Both the position numbers and the translations under genes were made by a program. A stretch of DNA of 61,613 nucleotides, the filler included, from Choristocarpus tenellus KU-1152 (taxonomy: Eukaryota; Protista; Phaeophyceae), in assembly GCA_964200185.2 (NCBI GenBank). It is 9 parts of 9 records of this genome, joined end to end, with 100 filler letters (N's around TTAATTAATTAA, not from the genome) between each part and the next. Parts side by side here need not be neighbours in the genome. Positions count along the whole stretch, not along the records: positions 13,714 to 20,295 come from CAXNAD020007819.1; positions 20,396 to 26,887 come from CAXNAD020008008.1; 7 more parts are not named here. The stretch is one strand, 5' to 3'. This document shows, in pieces, positions 13,714-26,713 of the stretch. Below the pieces are notes generated by a model, which did no database searches, was not told where the DNA came from, and saw only the letters and a program-made list of their open reading frames with translations. Each line of letters opens with the position of its first letter. Position 1 is the stretch's first letter.

Positions 13714-14621
13714 TTAAGTGATACATGTATGAGAATGACTAAAATATGAGATAGGGTGGGGGAGTAGGGCGAAGGGAAGGGGTGGAAGGGGAATGCAATG
13801 CAGGAAGAAAAGAGGTTAAACACAAACATAATAATTTTCATGTTTTTTTTTTACACAAACATTCCTCTTTTCCTTGCCCGGCCAAAAGAAAATCTCAACA
13901 GCCCACACTCCCATCTTTACTCTGCCATACAGTACACATGCCCTCATTGATCCATACAGATAACAATGACTCCTTCCTGCCCTATAAAAGTTGACCTTTG
14001 GATGGAGCAATACATTTTTTTTCTTTTTTCTGTATTGTTTCAAGAGGCATACACACTTTACACCAGAACTCTGCCCTCTCACCCACATTCAACCATTTAC
14101 ACAAGGATAGTAGGAGTGGGGGCAGGGCCATCTCCTGTGCTCATGGTTCTAGCAGTAGACTTGGCTTCACGACGAACGCCAGAGGTAACACACTATCTCC
14201 CTCGCTGAATTTGGAGCAGGAGGTAAGGGTTTGCCGAAAAAAAACCTAAAAAAAAAAATCTCTTCATACCTCATAAACTTCAACCCAAGGTCCATACACA
14301 AACATGCACGGCGTCTTTTGAATCTGATATTCTTTTCCAGCAACCCCACTTCTTCACACAATAACAAATGGTGGACAGTCTCTTCAAATATGCACAGACC
14401 GTTCCACATTCCATTCATGCCGTGCTCATCTAAGAGCAGCATCAGGTACATTGGAACCCCGCAGCAACCGGGCGTGTCAAGACAAAGCCGCCAATCAACA
14501 ACCGATGCTCTCTGAGCCGACCAATCAACAAGATGCAAGAAATTTCGGTACATATAGCCCTACCTCCGAAATCACACACCCAAACACACACGGGTTGGTA
14601 GTCCACCGAGTACATACGTAC

Positions 14622-16624
14622 CTTTGTGAGAGGGAAAGTCAGGTCATTATCAGTGAGCTCCAACGCCACAGGAAACTGTCGACCCTTCAGGGTGAGCCGC
14701 TTGGCGGCCACAGGGGGGCCTGTTTGCCCAAATGCTGTGACAATGAGGGAAGACTTGTCTGTGTCCAACGCAGGAAAGCTGGAAATGTCAGGAAAGCCCA
14801 ACGCATATGTATCAGACTTGATTGATACAATGACCTAGTTCATAGTGAGGTAAGGGGGAGAATGAACGGTTCGGTTGTAGAGGCTGAGGAAGGGCAGCAC
14901 CAGTGCAGGAGGGTGGGGTGCGTAGGAGGGAGGAGACTTGTGCAAATGATTAAAGCAAATGAAGGGAGGGATAATAGAATTATAGAAGTCAATCTGTCAC
15001 AGACATGTGCTTTTCACACTCTAGACTGACCTCATAAGTTCGACAGAACAAATTCTTAGCCTCTGTTAATGAAGGTGGTGAAAAAAGACCAGGTGAAGAA
15101 AAAAAAGGGGTCAAGCCCTGAAGGTGCTGCCAAGTTGCAAAGGGCCTCATCTCACTATGCAAGTGTACTCTGGACAAGCAACGTTACATGGCTGCAAGCT
15201 GGCCATCATCTGTGACAAGTATTGCCTCACGTAAGAGCAGCTAGGTCGACAAGGTAAATTTGGTATGCTTGGAGACATGTTCTCTTAAGGATCAAGTCGT
15301 CCTACCTGGAAGCCATTCGATGCTAGGAGGACAAGTGCTGATTTAATGGAAAACACAATAGTTTGATGCATGATGCAGTGATGTTTCAACATTTGGTAGA
15401 TGTTGTCAAGGAGAAAAAAGCGAGATGTAACATGCTTGGACCTGTTGTCAGAAATATGATGCAAAAGAAGAAGAAAGGGAAGACAAAATACACAAATGCA
15501 CAAAGGAAAAGCACAAGAAAGCTCAATGCGGTGAAAACAGGAAATGTTCAGTACCAGAAGTCCAACCCCTTAACAGGAAACTTGGGCTTCGAAATCAAAG
15601 GGGACGGTGGGAGAGCTAGAGAAAACTAATGGTGGCGCCTCCCAGATGACCTTCACTGCTTCAGAATCCAGGGGGGGTTCACTAGCAGCAGATCCGTACA
15701 GGTGGTTTGAGGTGTGTGAAGGATGGACCGAAGCACCAAGGAGGCCGAATCAGTCGCAGCTCGCCAACGGAATGTAACCACAGTCATCAAACACACATGT
15801 CACTTCCTCCTGAGCTTTGGGTCGGGATAGGGGTCTGGCCTGGCCTGGGATACACTTGGTACTGGAAATGGTTTCTACACTGAGAATGGCTTCTGAAGGA
15901 ACTATACCCCAGTGCGTCTCACCCTTGCGATCAGTGATCCCTCACCCATCTGTGCATCCGCTCCTAGCTCTCTCTGTTGGTCTTTTTTAAGCCTCTTTTG
16001 CTGTGTGGCGGGAGGTGGCGAGCAGCAGCAGAGACGGCAAGAATGATGGAAGGTTCAATGGTTGAATAGGGCAGTTAAGGACAGGTATACAACACGTTGT
16101 TGGTGATGCGCGGTCTAAGAATGAAGTGCAGAGAACAAAGGCAGACACTGGTGGAAACGGGAGAAAAATATCGTCCCGTGCTGCACCACGTGAAACTCAC
16201 CTGTTCCTCTGTAGTCTTCTGGACAAGCTGCTGGACGGGATTGAACTCCACAACCTCTGTGTCAGCAAAGGCATGCAGAGGTGAAAAGGCAACCAGAAGG
16301 GCCGCCGCCGATGTTGCCATGAGCCTCTTCATATCGTCAGTGTTTTCACTCATGCTCATGCCCACTCTGTTGGTGGGAGTCCTGTGGGTGGTCCTGTATT
16401 TCCGTTGTACAAGTTGCAATTTGATCAATCACTCAACAACATTATCACATGGACTATGGTGATCTTGCGGCACTGCCATATAGACGAGTACTCCATCAAT
16501 CCGGGAACTCGTACCTCAAGAATTTTGATCCAGAGTGATTTCCCAAGAAGTTGACATGGAACGCGCTTCCCCCCATAGCAGCCTGTAGGCCCACAACAAT
16601 CGAGAGTAAGCGAACCAAGCTCAT
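14622..16624 (-). CDS. Predicted thylakoid-lumen protein with a CcmI/CycH C-terminal-like domain; 4 exons seen, 3' end not located
   Basis: Exon 1 MSLVRLLSIVVGLQAAMGGSAFHV (signal peptide + SAF), then a basic S/T-rich transit peptide, then KRLMATSAAALLVAFSPLHAFA-D (lumenal signal, AxA). Exon 14834-14622 has SSLIVTAFGQTGPPVAAKRLTLKGRQFPVALELTDNDL. All junctions are in phase. Confidence 0.75.
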
Positions 16625-16939
16625 GTTTCCTCTTGTACGCGGAACACCACAGTTTTTCTCCAGCATCAACCTCCAATCAATCAGGGGGTGGAAGGCTTAA
16701 CAGAACGTGATATTTCTCAGTCTGCTAGTTCATGCGAGGAGAGGAGGGCAAGATAGCCTCTTACGTCCTGTACTGTCCCATGTGACTACTTGGAAACAGA
16801 TATGTCCACACGCCATGGGTACACCCCTCTTTGTCATAAAACGCCACATAATTTTTTACATATGAATCCTGTTGATATCAATGAAGGTAGGGGTGGGTTT
16901 GCAGGGACGGTGTGACGAGGGTTTACCTATCTGAAAGAG

Positions 16940-19900
16940 ATGACGGGATCGACACTTCCAGTGTCTTCCAGGCGGGGGAATCCTCCCCCTCTCTCCTCAT
17001 CTCTGGTGCAGGTAACATGTCTGTTTTGGAGACGGTGAATATGGTCTTGGTGGAACATCCCTCTCTTGAACGTGCACCTTTGGCTGCATTAGCTTGCTAA
17101 ATGTCTCTGTTGCAACTTATTGATTAAATGGAAAATCACTTTCCGCCGCCACTACCATTGCCTGCTTACTTGTGACCAAGGATAATATCCCAGCACAGGT
17201 TATTGACCGTGTGTGGATTGGCTCAATTCACGCAGCATTCAATCAGGAAAGCATCCAGGATCGAGGCATCACACATGTGGGTAAAACTTTGACAAGAAAG
17301 GGGTATGACCTTCTAGAAATGGTCCTACCACAATGTTTTGGTTAAAGATAGAGTGCTCCTGGCGATGTGAGCAGATCTAACTTCGATGGACGATTGAAAC
17401 CCACACCAACAGGTGCTCAATGCGTCTGGACTTCCCAATACATTTCCTCGGTTGTTCACTTACTTCACGGTCGATCTTCGAGACAAGTGAGTCATAATTG
17501 TCCTTTCACACCTGTACAACCCTCCAAGGGTCCCTTGACTCCACATTCTCTCCTTGGCTGGATCGTCTCTTCATGGATGGATATCTTATCAGCACCCGCT
17601 CCAAAGACTAACCATCAACACAAACTCCTCCTATGCATGTGAACCAACCTCTTAAAACCCAACCACCACATCAACCCAACACAGTGGTGCTGTATCCCAC
17701 ACTACTCTCTTTCCGATCCTCTCTTCCCTCCCCCCCCCCTACCCTTGTGGCCGTCCACCTGCCTTTCCATTTGTAGGGAGAATGCTAACCTACTCAGTGC
17801 CATAGGAGCCGTCAACATTTTCATTGAAGCTGGAGTTGAGAAGGGAGGTGTGCTTGTTCATTGTGCAGCTGGAAAGTCTCGATCAGCAGCTTTTGTAGTG
17901 GGCTTCCTCTTGTCCACACAGGGCTGCCCGTACGAACAAGCGTATGCCACAGTAAAACAGGCACGGCCCATTGTGTGCATTAACAGAGGATTTGAGCAGC
18001 AACTCCGTGCCTACTGTGCCACTCAGTGTGACGTCTTTGCCTCACATCAGATGATGTTGCGTATAAACACAGCACGGGTCCTTGAGAAGCGACAATCCAC
18101 ACAGCGGCTGCAGCAGCAGCATGGGGGGAGGGAGATTATGGGAGGGATGACCGTGTCAAACGTCAATGCATCGTTGGCGACAGACAATGCCTCGTTTAGG
18201 AGCAGGCGTTTATCTATTGAAAGCTCTCCAAGGGGTGCAAAACCTCATCGATTGCCCCAGAATCAAAAATCGCCCCAGCTGGTGTTTCAGAGTTCTGGGA
18301 CACCTGGGAGAGGGGGGGGGGAGGCAGGGGTCGATGTAGCAAGGGGAAGAGGCGACCTTTCCTTTCTTCCAAACGAGGTGAGAAAGTTTGTCAAAATGAC
18401 TTGGCGTGCATGTCTTGACATTTTGGTAGTAATTCATCGATACCCTAGGGTCAATTTTTCTGTGCAGGAGACCAAGGCAAAAGGAGGGCTTGTTTTTGCG
18501 ACACTTTTATGGCCCAGGTCATCGTGGTTGCAGTTTGTGACTCAGGACAACCTTAGTGACACACAAAGGATGAGGAACATATCTACCCACTGACATGCTT
18601 ATGTTTCTAGGGTACGCCATAGTGTTTTGGAAGTATTAGGATTGTGCATGTATCACATGTTACACTGAGATGAGTAGGCGTGGTGAATTTTGTGGCAGAA
18701 ACAACAGCTATTGAGGAATTCTAGATCAAGGGTTACGGAGGTGATATCAAGATCACTATTCCGTCCAATAAAACAGCCTACAACAGACACGCTCAGCCAA
18801 TAGGATATATTATTGAGTTATTGCCGTCTGCTCCTCTACCAAACCCAATCATTTCCATTGTTGTTATGTGGACTGACAGCCACGCCATGCTAGGTTTCGG
18901 CTTTGCCGGCCTGGTGCTGCTTCATTTCAGGTCATCCCCCCACTTAAATCGCTGGAAAGGGTGTATGCATGCCAGAATTGTGGGGCGTGTCTTCTCACTG
19001 GGGGGCATATCATCAAGGTCAGTTCCCCCCCCCCCCCCATCCCCCTTCTCCTCCCTCTCCCGCATTTGTTTGCTAATGTGAATATGTTGCACTGGTTCAT
19101 GCACAAATATAGGCTAAGGCAAAGCAACTTAACTCCACCCACCCTCTATATACTGTGCACAGCACTGGGGCTCTTCAGTGTCAAGACACTGGCACATGTA
19201 CCACTATTACTATTGGTCCTTCCATCTAGATTTGTGAGATTTTTGTGGGGATCTGTTGAGGTATTTATTTTATTGGTGAAATCAGATTTTCACCTGAATG
19301 TTTTTTTTTCTTGTGATGACTACTTGATTCGATGTTAGCAGTTAACAGTTAGATTCTACTTTTGATCCCAATCTTAACCATGATGGTGCCGACGCATGGA
19401 CACACTTCTCTTGTGTAGTTGAGTCCTCCTCCTCATGAGCTGGGTGTTGTCCCAGCACTTCATGGAGTTGAATTTGCTTTTTGTCTTGCTGAGTCAACGC
19501 TTGTATACACACTGATCTGTAATGTTATCTGTTTCCCTGCCCTCAGTGTGTTCAAGTTACTCAACCCTCTTGTCACACCCCACTCTGCTCTCATGTTCTA
19601 TGTCAGCTCAACATTGACCTACCAGACATGCAAGGAGTGATTGTACCTTCAGGGGGATACATTTCGACCCCTAAGTCCACGATTTCAGAGCCTGCGAGTG
19701 GTCAGAGGTCGAGGAGTGGGAGGGTGAGTGGTGTGGGCCGAGCCAGTTGGAGGTCGCCCTCAACTCCAATGGACAGGCCTGCCTTGACTCCAAGTTTGGA
19801 TACACCCAGTCAGCTTAACGCAGGAATGGGAGTTGTGGGGGGGGGGGGTAAGAGCAGGAAAGGGGTTGGTGATGAGGTATGCTCGGAGAAAACAATGGTT

Positions 19901-20295
19901 TCAGCTCTAGAAGGCTGGAATGGTACAGTTATAGGAGTATGTGGGGAGGGAAGAGTGGGTAGTGTTGGGGGGGTCTCTCCACTGGCTATTCCGCTCGTAG
20001 GATTGATGGCGATCCCGCCCAGGTGTCAGGATGGCAGTGGGGGCGGCGACAGAGTGAAAGTGCGCAATTCGCCGTCGTTTGGATTTGATAGTGAGGATGA
20101 TCCTTTGGAGTTAGGTGTGGGAGGGGTAGACATGGCTGGAGGGGTGGGGGAGGTTGGTGTCGATGTGAAGGTTAGGGAGGGGGATGGGCGGGTCGGCGTG
20201 CGGCCGGGGGGGGGGGGGGGGGGGGGAGGGGGGGGGGGAATAAAGGGAGGGGAGGGGGGGGGGGGGGGGAAGGGGGGGGGACTTGGGGGGGGGCG
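16940..20295 (+). CDS. Dual-specificity protein phosphatase, DUSP12/YVH1-like; exons 16940-17011, 17181-17276, 17413-17486, 17777-18377, 18880-19017, 19607 to gap
   Basis: VIDRVWIGSIHAA...GITHVLN, catalytic VLVHCAAGKSRSAA (HCX5R), ARPIVCINRGFEQQL, then YACQNCGACL (CxxC). Confidence 0.88.
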
Positions 20296-20736
20296 NNNNN
20301 NNNNNNNNNNNNNNNNNNNNNNNNNNNNNNNNNNNNNNNTTAATTAATTAANNNNNNNNNNNNNNNNNNNNNNNNNNNNNNNNNNNNNNNNNNNNGTGTG
20401 ATTAACATAGTGTGTTCCCCAGCCTAAAAATAAAACTATTCTTCATGACCCCCCCCCCCCCCCCCCCCCCCAGATACTCCAAGCCAAGGATTTTGTATGG
20501 GTTTTCATAGAAATAGAGGACTTCATCTTAATTCAAAAATCTTACTCAAAATTTTGTTAACCATCCACTCCCTTGTCTCCTTTGACCTCCTCTTGATATA
20601 TACAGGATACATAGGTTGCATCACACTCAACCATGTAGTTCTATCTCTACCCAAGTCCCTTGATGATGTTGTGAAATAATACAACTACACTGGAGCAATT
20701 TTCGTAGTCAATATCCTCCTGAGCAAAGTCAATCTC

Positions 20737-21001
20737 GAGTGAAAGTATCTTAGGGTTAGGGTACAGGTTTTGCCCTGTTTTGTCCATTATTTGGGCGTGC
20801 TTCTCATGTATTTTTTTATTACATTTTCCTGCTCCGAAATGTGTTGGAGTAGGTAAAATGTATACATTACGAAAAGGTGTGTCCGGAACAAGGATATCGA
20901 CACTTCCTAACAAGCATGATAGCCAAAATTACAACAAAATCGCAACAACAGATTTTTGTCCCCAATAGGACGCGGGCCTACCCTCTAAAATACTTTTGCT
21001 C
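20737..21001 (+). mobile_element. MITE family A, copy 1 (~23-bp TIRs, GAG...CTC ends, 4-bp TSD TCTC)
   Basis: GAGTGAAAGTATCTTAG...TACCCTCTAAAATACTTTTGCTC with TCTC on both sides; alignable along its length to three other copies. Confidence 0.85.
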
Positions 21002-21346
21002 TCTCAGTATATCTGAGTTTTAGCTTATATATATATATATATATATATATATCTGAACTTGTAGTCGAGATGACATGTGACTATTTGTGCAGTAGTCCTT
21101 TTGCAAACAATTTTCCTTGAAGTGTTCCTAAGGAATTTAATATAAATATATTCATCAGCAACATTGTCATTTCTGCTCCCTTTCATTGCCCCCACTGCAT
21201 CTGCTATAATTTAAGCCTTATGTCCTGCATCTGCATCTACATCTCTGCTCCAATATACACCTTCTGTTGTAACCAAATATCATGTTTGCCCCCCCACAGT
21301 ACATGCCCTTGCCCACCATCTGCTTCATTCCCAAACATACTGGAAG

Positions 21347-24300
21347 GTGTGGGGTTCTGACCGCCTCCACCAAGAACATTTCTTTGGAAGGGCAAGCCTC
21401 ACTAAGAGGTCTCTAGCTTCTTCAGTGCCTATTGATGGAGCGCACAAATTCGATCTTCCCTTGGATCACATGCCGAACAAATCAGAGCAATTCAACTGCC
21501 TTGCGCAGGGTTTCATTAGGATATCTTGCCAGGTAAGTTGACACTTGAAAGTGAGAGTAACAGATGGTGCCTTGTTATGGTGTGGGGTTGATACCACACA
21601 GATGAGGTTCGGGAACAGGTGTTGGGAGTGGAAAAATGTTAGGGAGGAGCACAGGCAGCCCTGTAGGGGTAGGCAGATTAGCATGTAATGGATTGTTCCC
21701 AAAAACCAGGAAATGGAAGTTGGAATGAGGTTGGAATGAGGTTGGATTGGAGATGAGTTTCCTCTATGGTGGTTGGTGGACATCAGTCAATTGATTTCAA
21801 TTGGACTGCCAGAAGTGTGCACTGTGAATTTCCAACTTTGCTCTATCGCCTTAAAGTCGATGTTGAATGTGTCTGTGAAAGTATCTTAGAGGGTATGAGT
21901 TTTGCCCTATTTGTCCGTATGGTGCTTGGCTTCCCACTTTTTTTTTATGACATTTTCCTATTCCGAAATATTTCGGAGTAGGTAAAATGTACAAGTTTTG
22001 GAATAGGTATCATGTATATGTCTGGAACAAGGATATTTTCACTTCCTAACAAACACCATATATTTATCCAAAATTTCACCAAAATTGCAACATTGGATTT
22101 TGGTCCCCAAATGGACACAGCTCTACCCTCTATGATACTTTGACTTTATCCCACACATATCCAAAGGACTGGATAAGCCCAAAGCGCATGGTCAATGAGG
22201 GCCATGGCGAGTTCTTGAACCTGACTGTGGTGTCTGCGTATTGTCTACCAAGGTGAATCAATAGCAGTACCTAGATCATTGCCACACTTTTATTTCATCT
22301 ACGACCATGTCCCTGTTACTGTGCCTATGATTTGGCCAAACTTTGTTTGAGGTCTTCGCCACACCTTGACCTTATCCTATATGTGCACAATGAGCTAGAG
22401 TCTGACATACAAATGTAGGACACCCCATGGACCTGATCTTAACTCATGGATGTGTTACCACCTGCCGTAATAGTGGAGATTTCCAATATTTACAGGAAGA
22501 AATGTTTCTTGATGTAGCATAGCATCAATCTATGAAGCTATTTCAAGGGAAGACAAAGATTTACGTAGCTTCGAAAGACATCCCCCAGTGCATTATCGTC
22601 AATTGCACTTTTGTCCGGTCAACACAACTTATGTTTTATGGCGGACCCTCCAGACCCCGGCAGTTTCACCATGCAAGCCCGTACGCTGCACTTAGCTGGA
22701 ACAATTTGTACATTGGTCGGACACCTATCGTACAAAAAAGTTCTACCCCTGTGTGGAATGAGACCTTCCAGGTGAGACATTACTCAGACATCGAGAATGG
22801 GAGATGTAACAGGGGTGGACATTGCACTTGAGGTTATCATTGGTTGGTGTACTGTATGTCTCTGGTAGCCTGATGAAGCTTCTGAATGCCATACAAAACA
22901 AGACCAGTGGTTGGATGTTTTGGAATAATTGTACCACCCTCTACAAAAAAACAACCTTGTGTGAGGTTCAATGAACACAAGAGAACAGAAGAGCACAGCC
23001 AAGAGAGCATCTCTTTTTTTTCAAAGTAGCACTTTTCAAAAAGTTCCAAGTATTGTTCACCAGGTTGCTGCACCATTGATCAATGAGCATAGGAGGGCAT
23101 CAACTGTGCAAGAGATGGCTGAAGAAGTGGAGGTTGTTGTTGAGGTGAGGTTCTGTAACACACGTCTTCTTCCCTGTCCACACCCAAGCAGCAGGAATCT
23201 CCTCCTTCAAATATATTTTTCTTGGATCCTGTAATAAATCATTGTTTAATATGTCTGGGCATACCATTCAAGAGAACTTTCATGCCGCACATGCAGGAAT
23301 GTGTGTAGCCGCCAACAGGGGTGCATTCAGTGAACATGATGAAAAGTCGTTGATGAGTAGTTGGTTATACTGTTCTTGGAAAGGCTCAGGATATTATCCC
23401 CATCTATACATGGGGTGGGGGGACGTATGGTACCAATTTGGGTACATCAGAGCAAACTTGGGGGACAGTTTCCGAAATAGTTCGCAGAAGAAAACATCTT
23501 TTGGGAACATAGCAATCTGGAAATGTCATCATATACGAGTACAATGATGACATATTGATGGTCTACTTTGAAGGATCACCTTCCCCATATAATGTGTTAA
23601 AATATGCCCTACAACAAGAACAGGAGTGTACTCATGAAGTGGGATACAGTACATATTTAAAACCCCAGCCCTATCCAGGGAGGATGTCATTGTTGTACAC
23701 TCTTGAATGTATATTTCTCAAGAATGCTGTTTGTCGCTTCATCTTGTCCACACTTCTTGGGAACTGGACACGATGCAGACAATGCTACTCATTCCAGAGT
23801 AGGGAATAGCATACAATCCGATCCACATAGTTGTAGGGAATATCAAAAGGACCCTGGGTCACTCTTAAACATCCTACCTCTGTTGGCACTCATCACCCTG
23901 GGCCATGGTCCCTTCTGCATAATACCTTACTTCACAAGGTATGGGATGGATATCAGGGAATAACAGGGTTAGGGAACAAGGGAGGGGGGCATGTGATAGG
24001 GAAAGTCATTCTCAGGGGACTTGAGGAACTTGTTTTTTCGCCGGGTATGCCTGGCAAAGTCCTAGAACTCCCACTATTGCGAGCAGAACCATCCCCGGGA
24101 ACTGATGCAGGATCGCAGGCTAGGGGCTCAGCGAATGCCACAAGACATTACCCAAAACCGGAGCTTGGAGTTCTTACACTATACCTGGAAAGTTTCACAA
24201 GGAGGGGATCTATCCCGATGGGTGATGCCCTCCATGTCTCAAAATCCCTTGGCCCAACCACTACATCTGGGAGTAATGGTAATGAAGGGATGGAAGTTGA

Positions 24301-26713
24301 GGTGGTGACGGAGGGGGAAGTGAGTACCGTTCACAAGATGGGAACAGTGTTAGAGGGAAGTCTCGGGGTCAGAGATAGAGTGAAGACAAGGCTAGGCACA
24401 CAGACTGGAATGGAGTATGAGGGAAGTAAAGAGGTCTCTGAAGGTCGTGTTGTGCTTGATGCTAACATTGTGGCAGAGAATGTCTGGGAAGCCCCGACAG
24501 TGAGCAATGACAAAAAAATTGAGCTAAGGATTCTTGGAGCTAGAGGGTTGGCAAGGGGTGCAAGGACACTTGACTGTGCATTGGTTCTGCAGCAGAATGG
24601 ACTATGTATGGGGAAAACAGGGGTAGCTGATATTGGGGGCGAGTCGCCAGAGTGGAAAAGGGCGAGGTGAGTCCGTGAGTGCAGCCGAAGTGTGGCTAAG
24701 GTGTGGCTACAACACAGAGTTTTACCTCAGGCAATGTATGCCCCACTATAGATGTTAACCTTTGAAGGGCCTTTTTGGAAGAGCATAAGAGGGATATCTT
24801 CCCCATCAGCAGGAAATATTATTCTGCCCCTGCTACCTGGTCTGAGTAGTTTACAGGCTTCCTTTGTTCAATCGGTTCTAAGAAATAAAGTGTTGCCTTA
24901 CGTTCAATGTGCATAACAAGTGAAAGTACCTCAGAGGGTATAGGTTTTGCCCTGTTTGTCCATTTAGGGCTTGGCTTTCCATGATTTTTTTTATGACATT
25001 TTCCTATCCAAAATGTTTAGGAGTAGGTAAAATGTATACGTTATGAAAAGGTGTGTCAAAAACATAGATATTGACACTTCCTAACAAACACAATAGCCAA
25101 AATTACATCAAAATCGCAAGATTGGATTTCGACCCCCAAATGGACGCAGCTCTACCCTCTAAGATGCTTTGGCTCTAACTAGAGACATTTATCACTTGAA
25201 ATTTGCATCATGCGTACAACAAAGGTCTCAGACCATCTCACACAGACCAAACCCTATTCATCAACGCATTCCCCCACCTCACCACCCACACCACCTCTTT
25301 CCTTAACACCCTGTCCGGCTTCTCATCTCTCTCTCTCTGTCTCTCTTGCTATATCCCAAACACAAAATTCAAGCTTTATTTTCACAGTAGGGAGATATAC
25401 AGTGCTTTCATTGGATCTTTGGGGGCACTCACGGAGGAAGACAGGGGGAGAAACTTTCCTAGGCCGGGTAAGATACGTACAGTAGACTAGAGTGGTTAGG
25501 GACTTAACCAATCTGAGTCCTCCTGCCCTCTCCACAACCTGCTTGCATCAAGGAATGTACTATAGCCCTCGAGTTTGTCCAACTGAAACATAATGGGTGT
25601 GGCTTAGTGACAAGATGGAGGATTGCTCTATATGTGACCATTTTTGAGTTTCTAAACAAAGTGGGGCTTGTTGCCCAGGGGTACTGCAGCATGGAAAAAG
25701 TTACCAAAAAGGTCGAGTTAAGTCATTATTTAATATGTATAATTTTTTTTATTGTAACTATTTTGGAGACCTCAGACATACTTCGTAAATAACTCATTAA
25801 TTTTGAGTCAACGCATCACCCTGCCATCTGTCACTATATATGCTACTTTGTTCGTTCTGTCACTCATTTACATTGTGTGTGTTGCCACAAATTGGGAAAG
25901 TTGTGCTCTCTGCCAATAGGCTACTTCGTACGATATTCCATAAAAAATTAAAATCTACTGCACACCAGGAACAAAAAACGATGAATGAAATGGAACACTA
26001 AGGGAAATAGAACACCGTTAAGACAATCAAAGTCCTCTTCTGTCCAAATTGAATATATCATTATCAACCACCTGTGGGTAGCGCCGAAAAAGGTATAGTT
26101 TGCAAGATGAGGAAAGGAAAATGCATTGTCGTCCAGTCTGATGGAAATATATATGAATCTAGTATGTGGTAGTACTAGTAATGTAACATTTTAGAAGTTG
26201 ATGGAAGTTGATGAATGCCTTTGCCAGACTTCACACCAATTTGTGGTCCGGGCTTCTAGACAATGAACTTGCATGCAAAATGAGTTTGTAGGGGGCGTGG
26301 GGGACGGAGGGCAACAATCATAGAGACAGACAACAATCTTGTAGAGGTACCTCTGCACACTCATTGATGCGGGCATTCAATGGTTGAAAGACTTGATAAC
26401 ATTGTTTCTTCTTTCCTTCCAAAATTTGTTATCACAGGATTCGTTTGTGGTTTTTTCACCACCACTTTTAGGCTCTATTAGAACACAGAAATGAACCAGT
26501 CCCATTTTCATACGGACTGCACTACTGCTGGCTCTACCATTGCATCCCAAAACCCATTTCTCGGCCAGCTATCTGCGTCATATGATCCAACATATTGGTG
26601 CAAAATCTGCACATGCCACACAGGTCACACTGGCTTTGAATCATGAGGAGATTGAGATAATAGCAAAATCTGAGGAGTCTCAAGAAGTACATCTGAAGAA
26701 AAAGCCCACCGAG
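21347..26713 (+). CDS. Multiple-C2-domain protein, internal exons only
   Basis: Repeated C2 signatures across exons: VWGSDRLHQEHFFGRASL; LNLTVVSAYCLP...SPYAALSWN...GRTPIVQKSSTPVWNETF; VEVVVEVWDG...HVIGKVIL; IELRILGARGL...GKTGV...SPEW; LSLDLWGH...ETFLGRV. Confidence 0.8.
21873..22146 (+). mobile_element. MITE family A, copy 2 (degenerate ends)
   Basis: GTGAAAGTATCTTAGAGGGTA...TACCCTCTATGATACTTTGACT with the same internal sequence. Confidence 0.82.
24918..25175 (+). mobile_element. MITE family A, copy 3 (4-bp TSD TAAC)
   Basis: AAGTGAAAGTACCTCAGAGGGTA...TACCCTCTAAGATGCTTTGGCTC flanked by TAAC at 24914-24917 and 25176-25179. Confidence 0.85.

Noticed and set aside
14106-14515. Two possible plus-strand exons (DSRSGG...EQE and QPGVSR...DAL*) antisense to the lumen-protein gene
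   Set aside because: Splice sites are plausible, but the peptide has no recognisable features and nothing else supports it.
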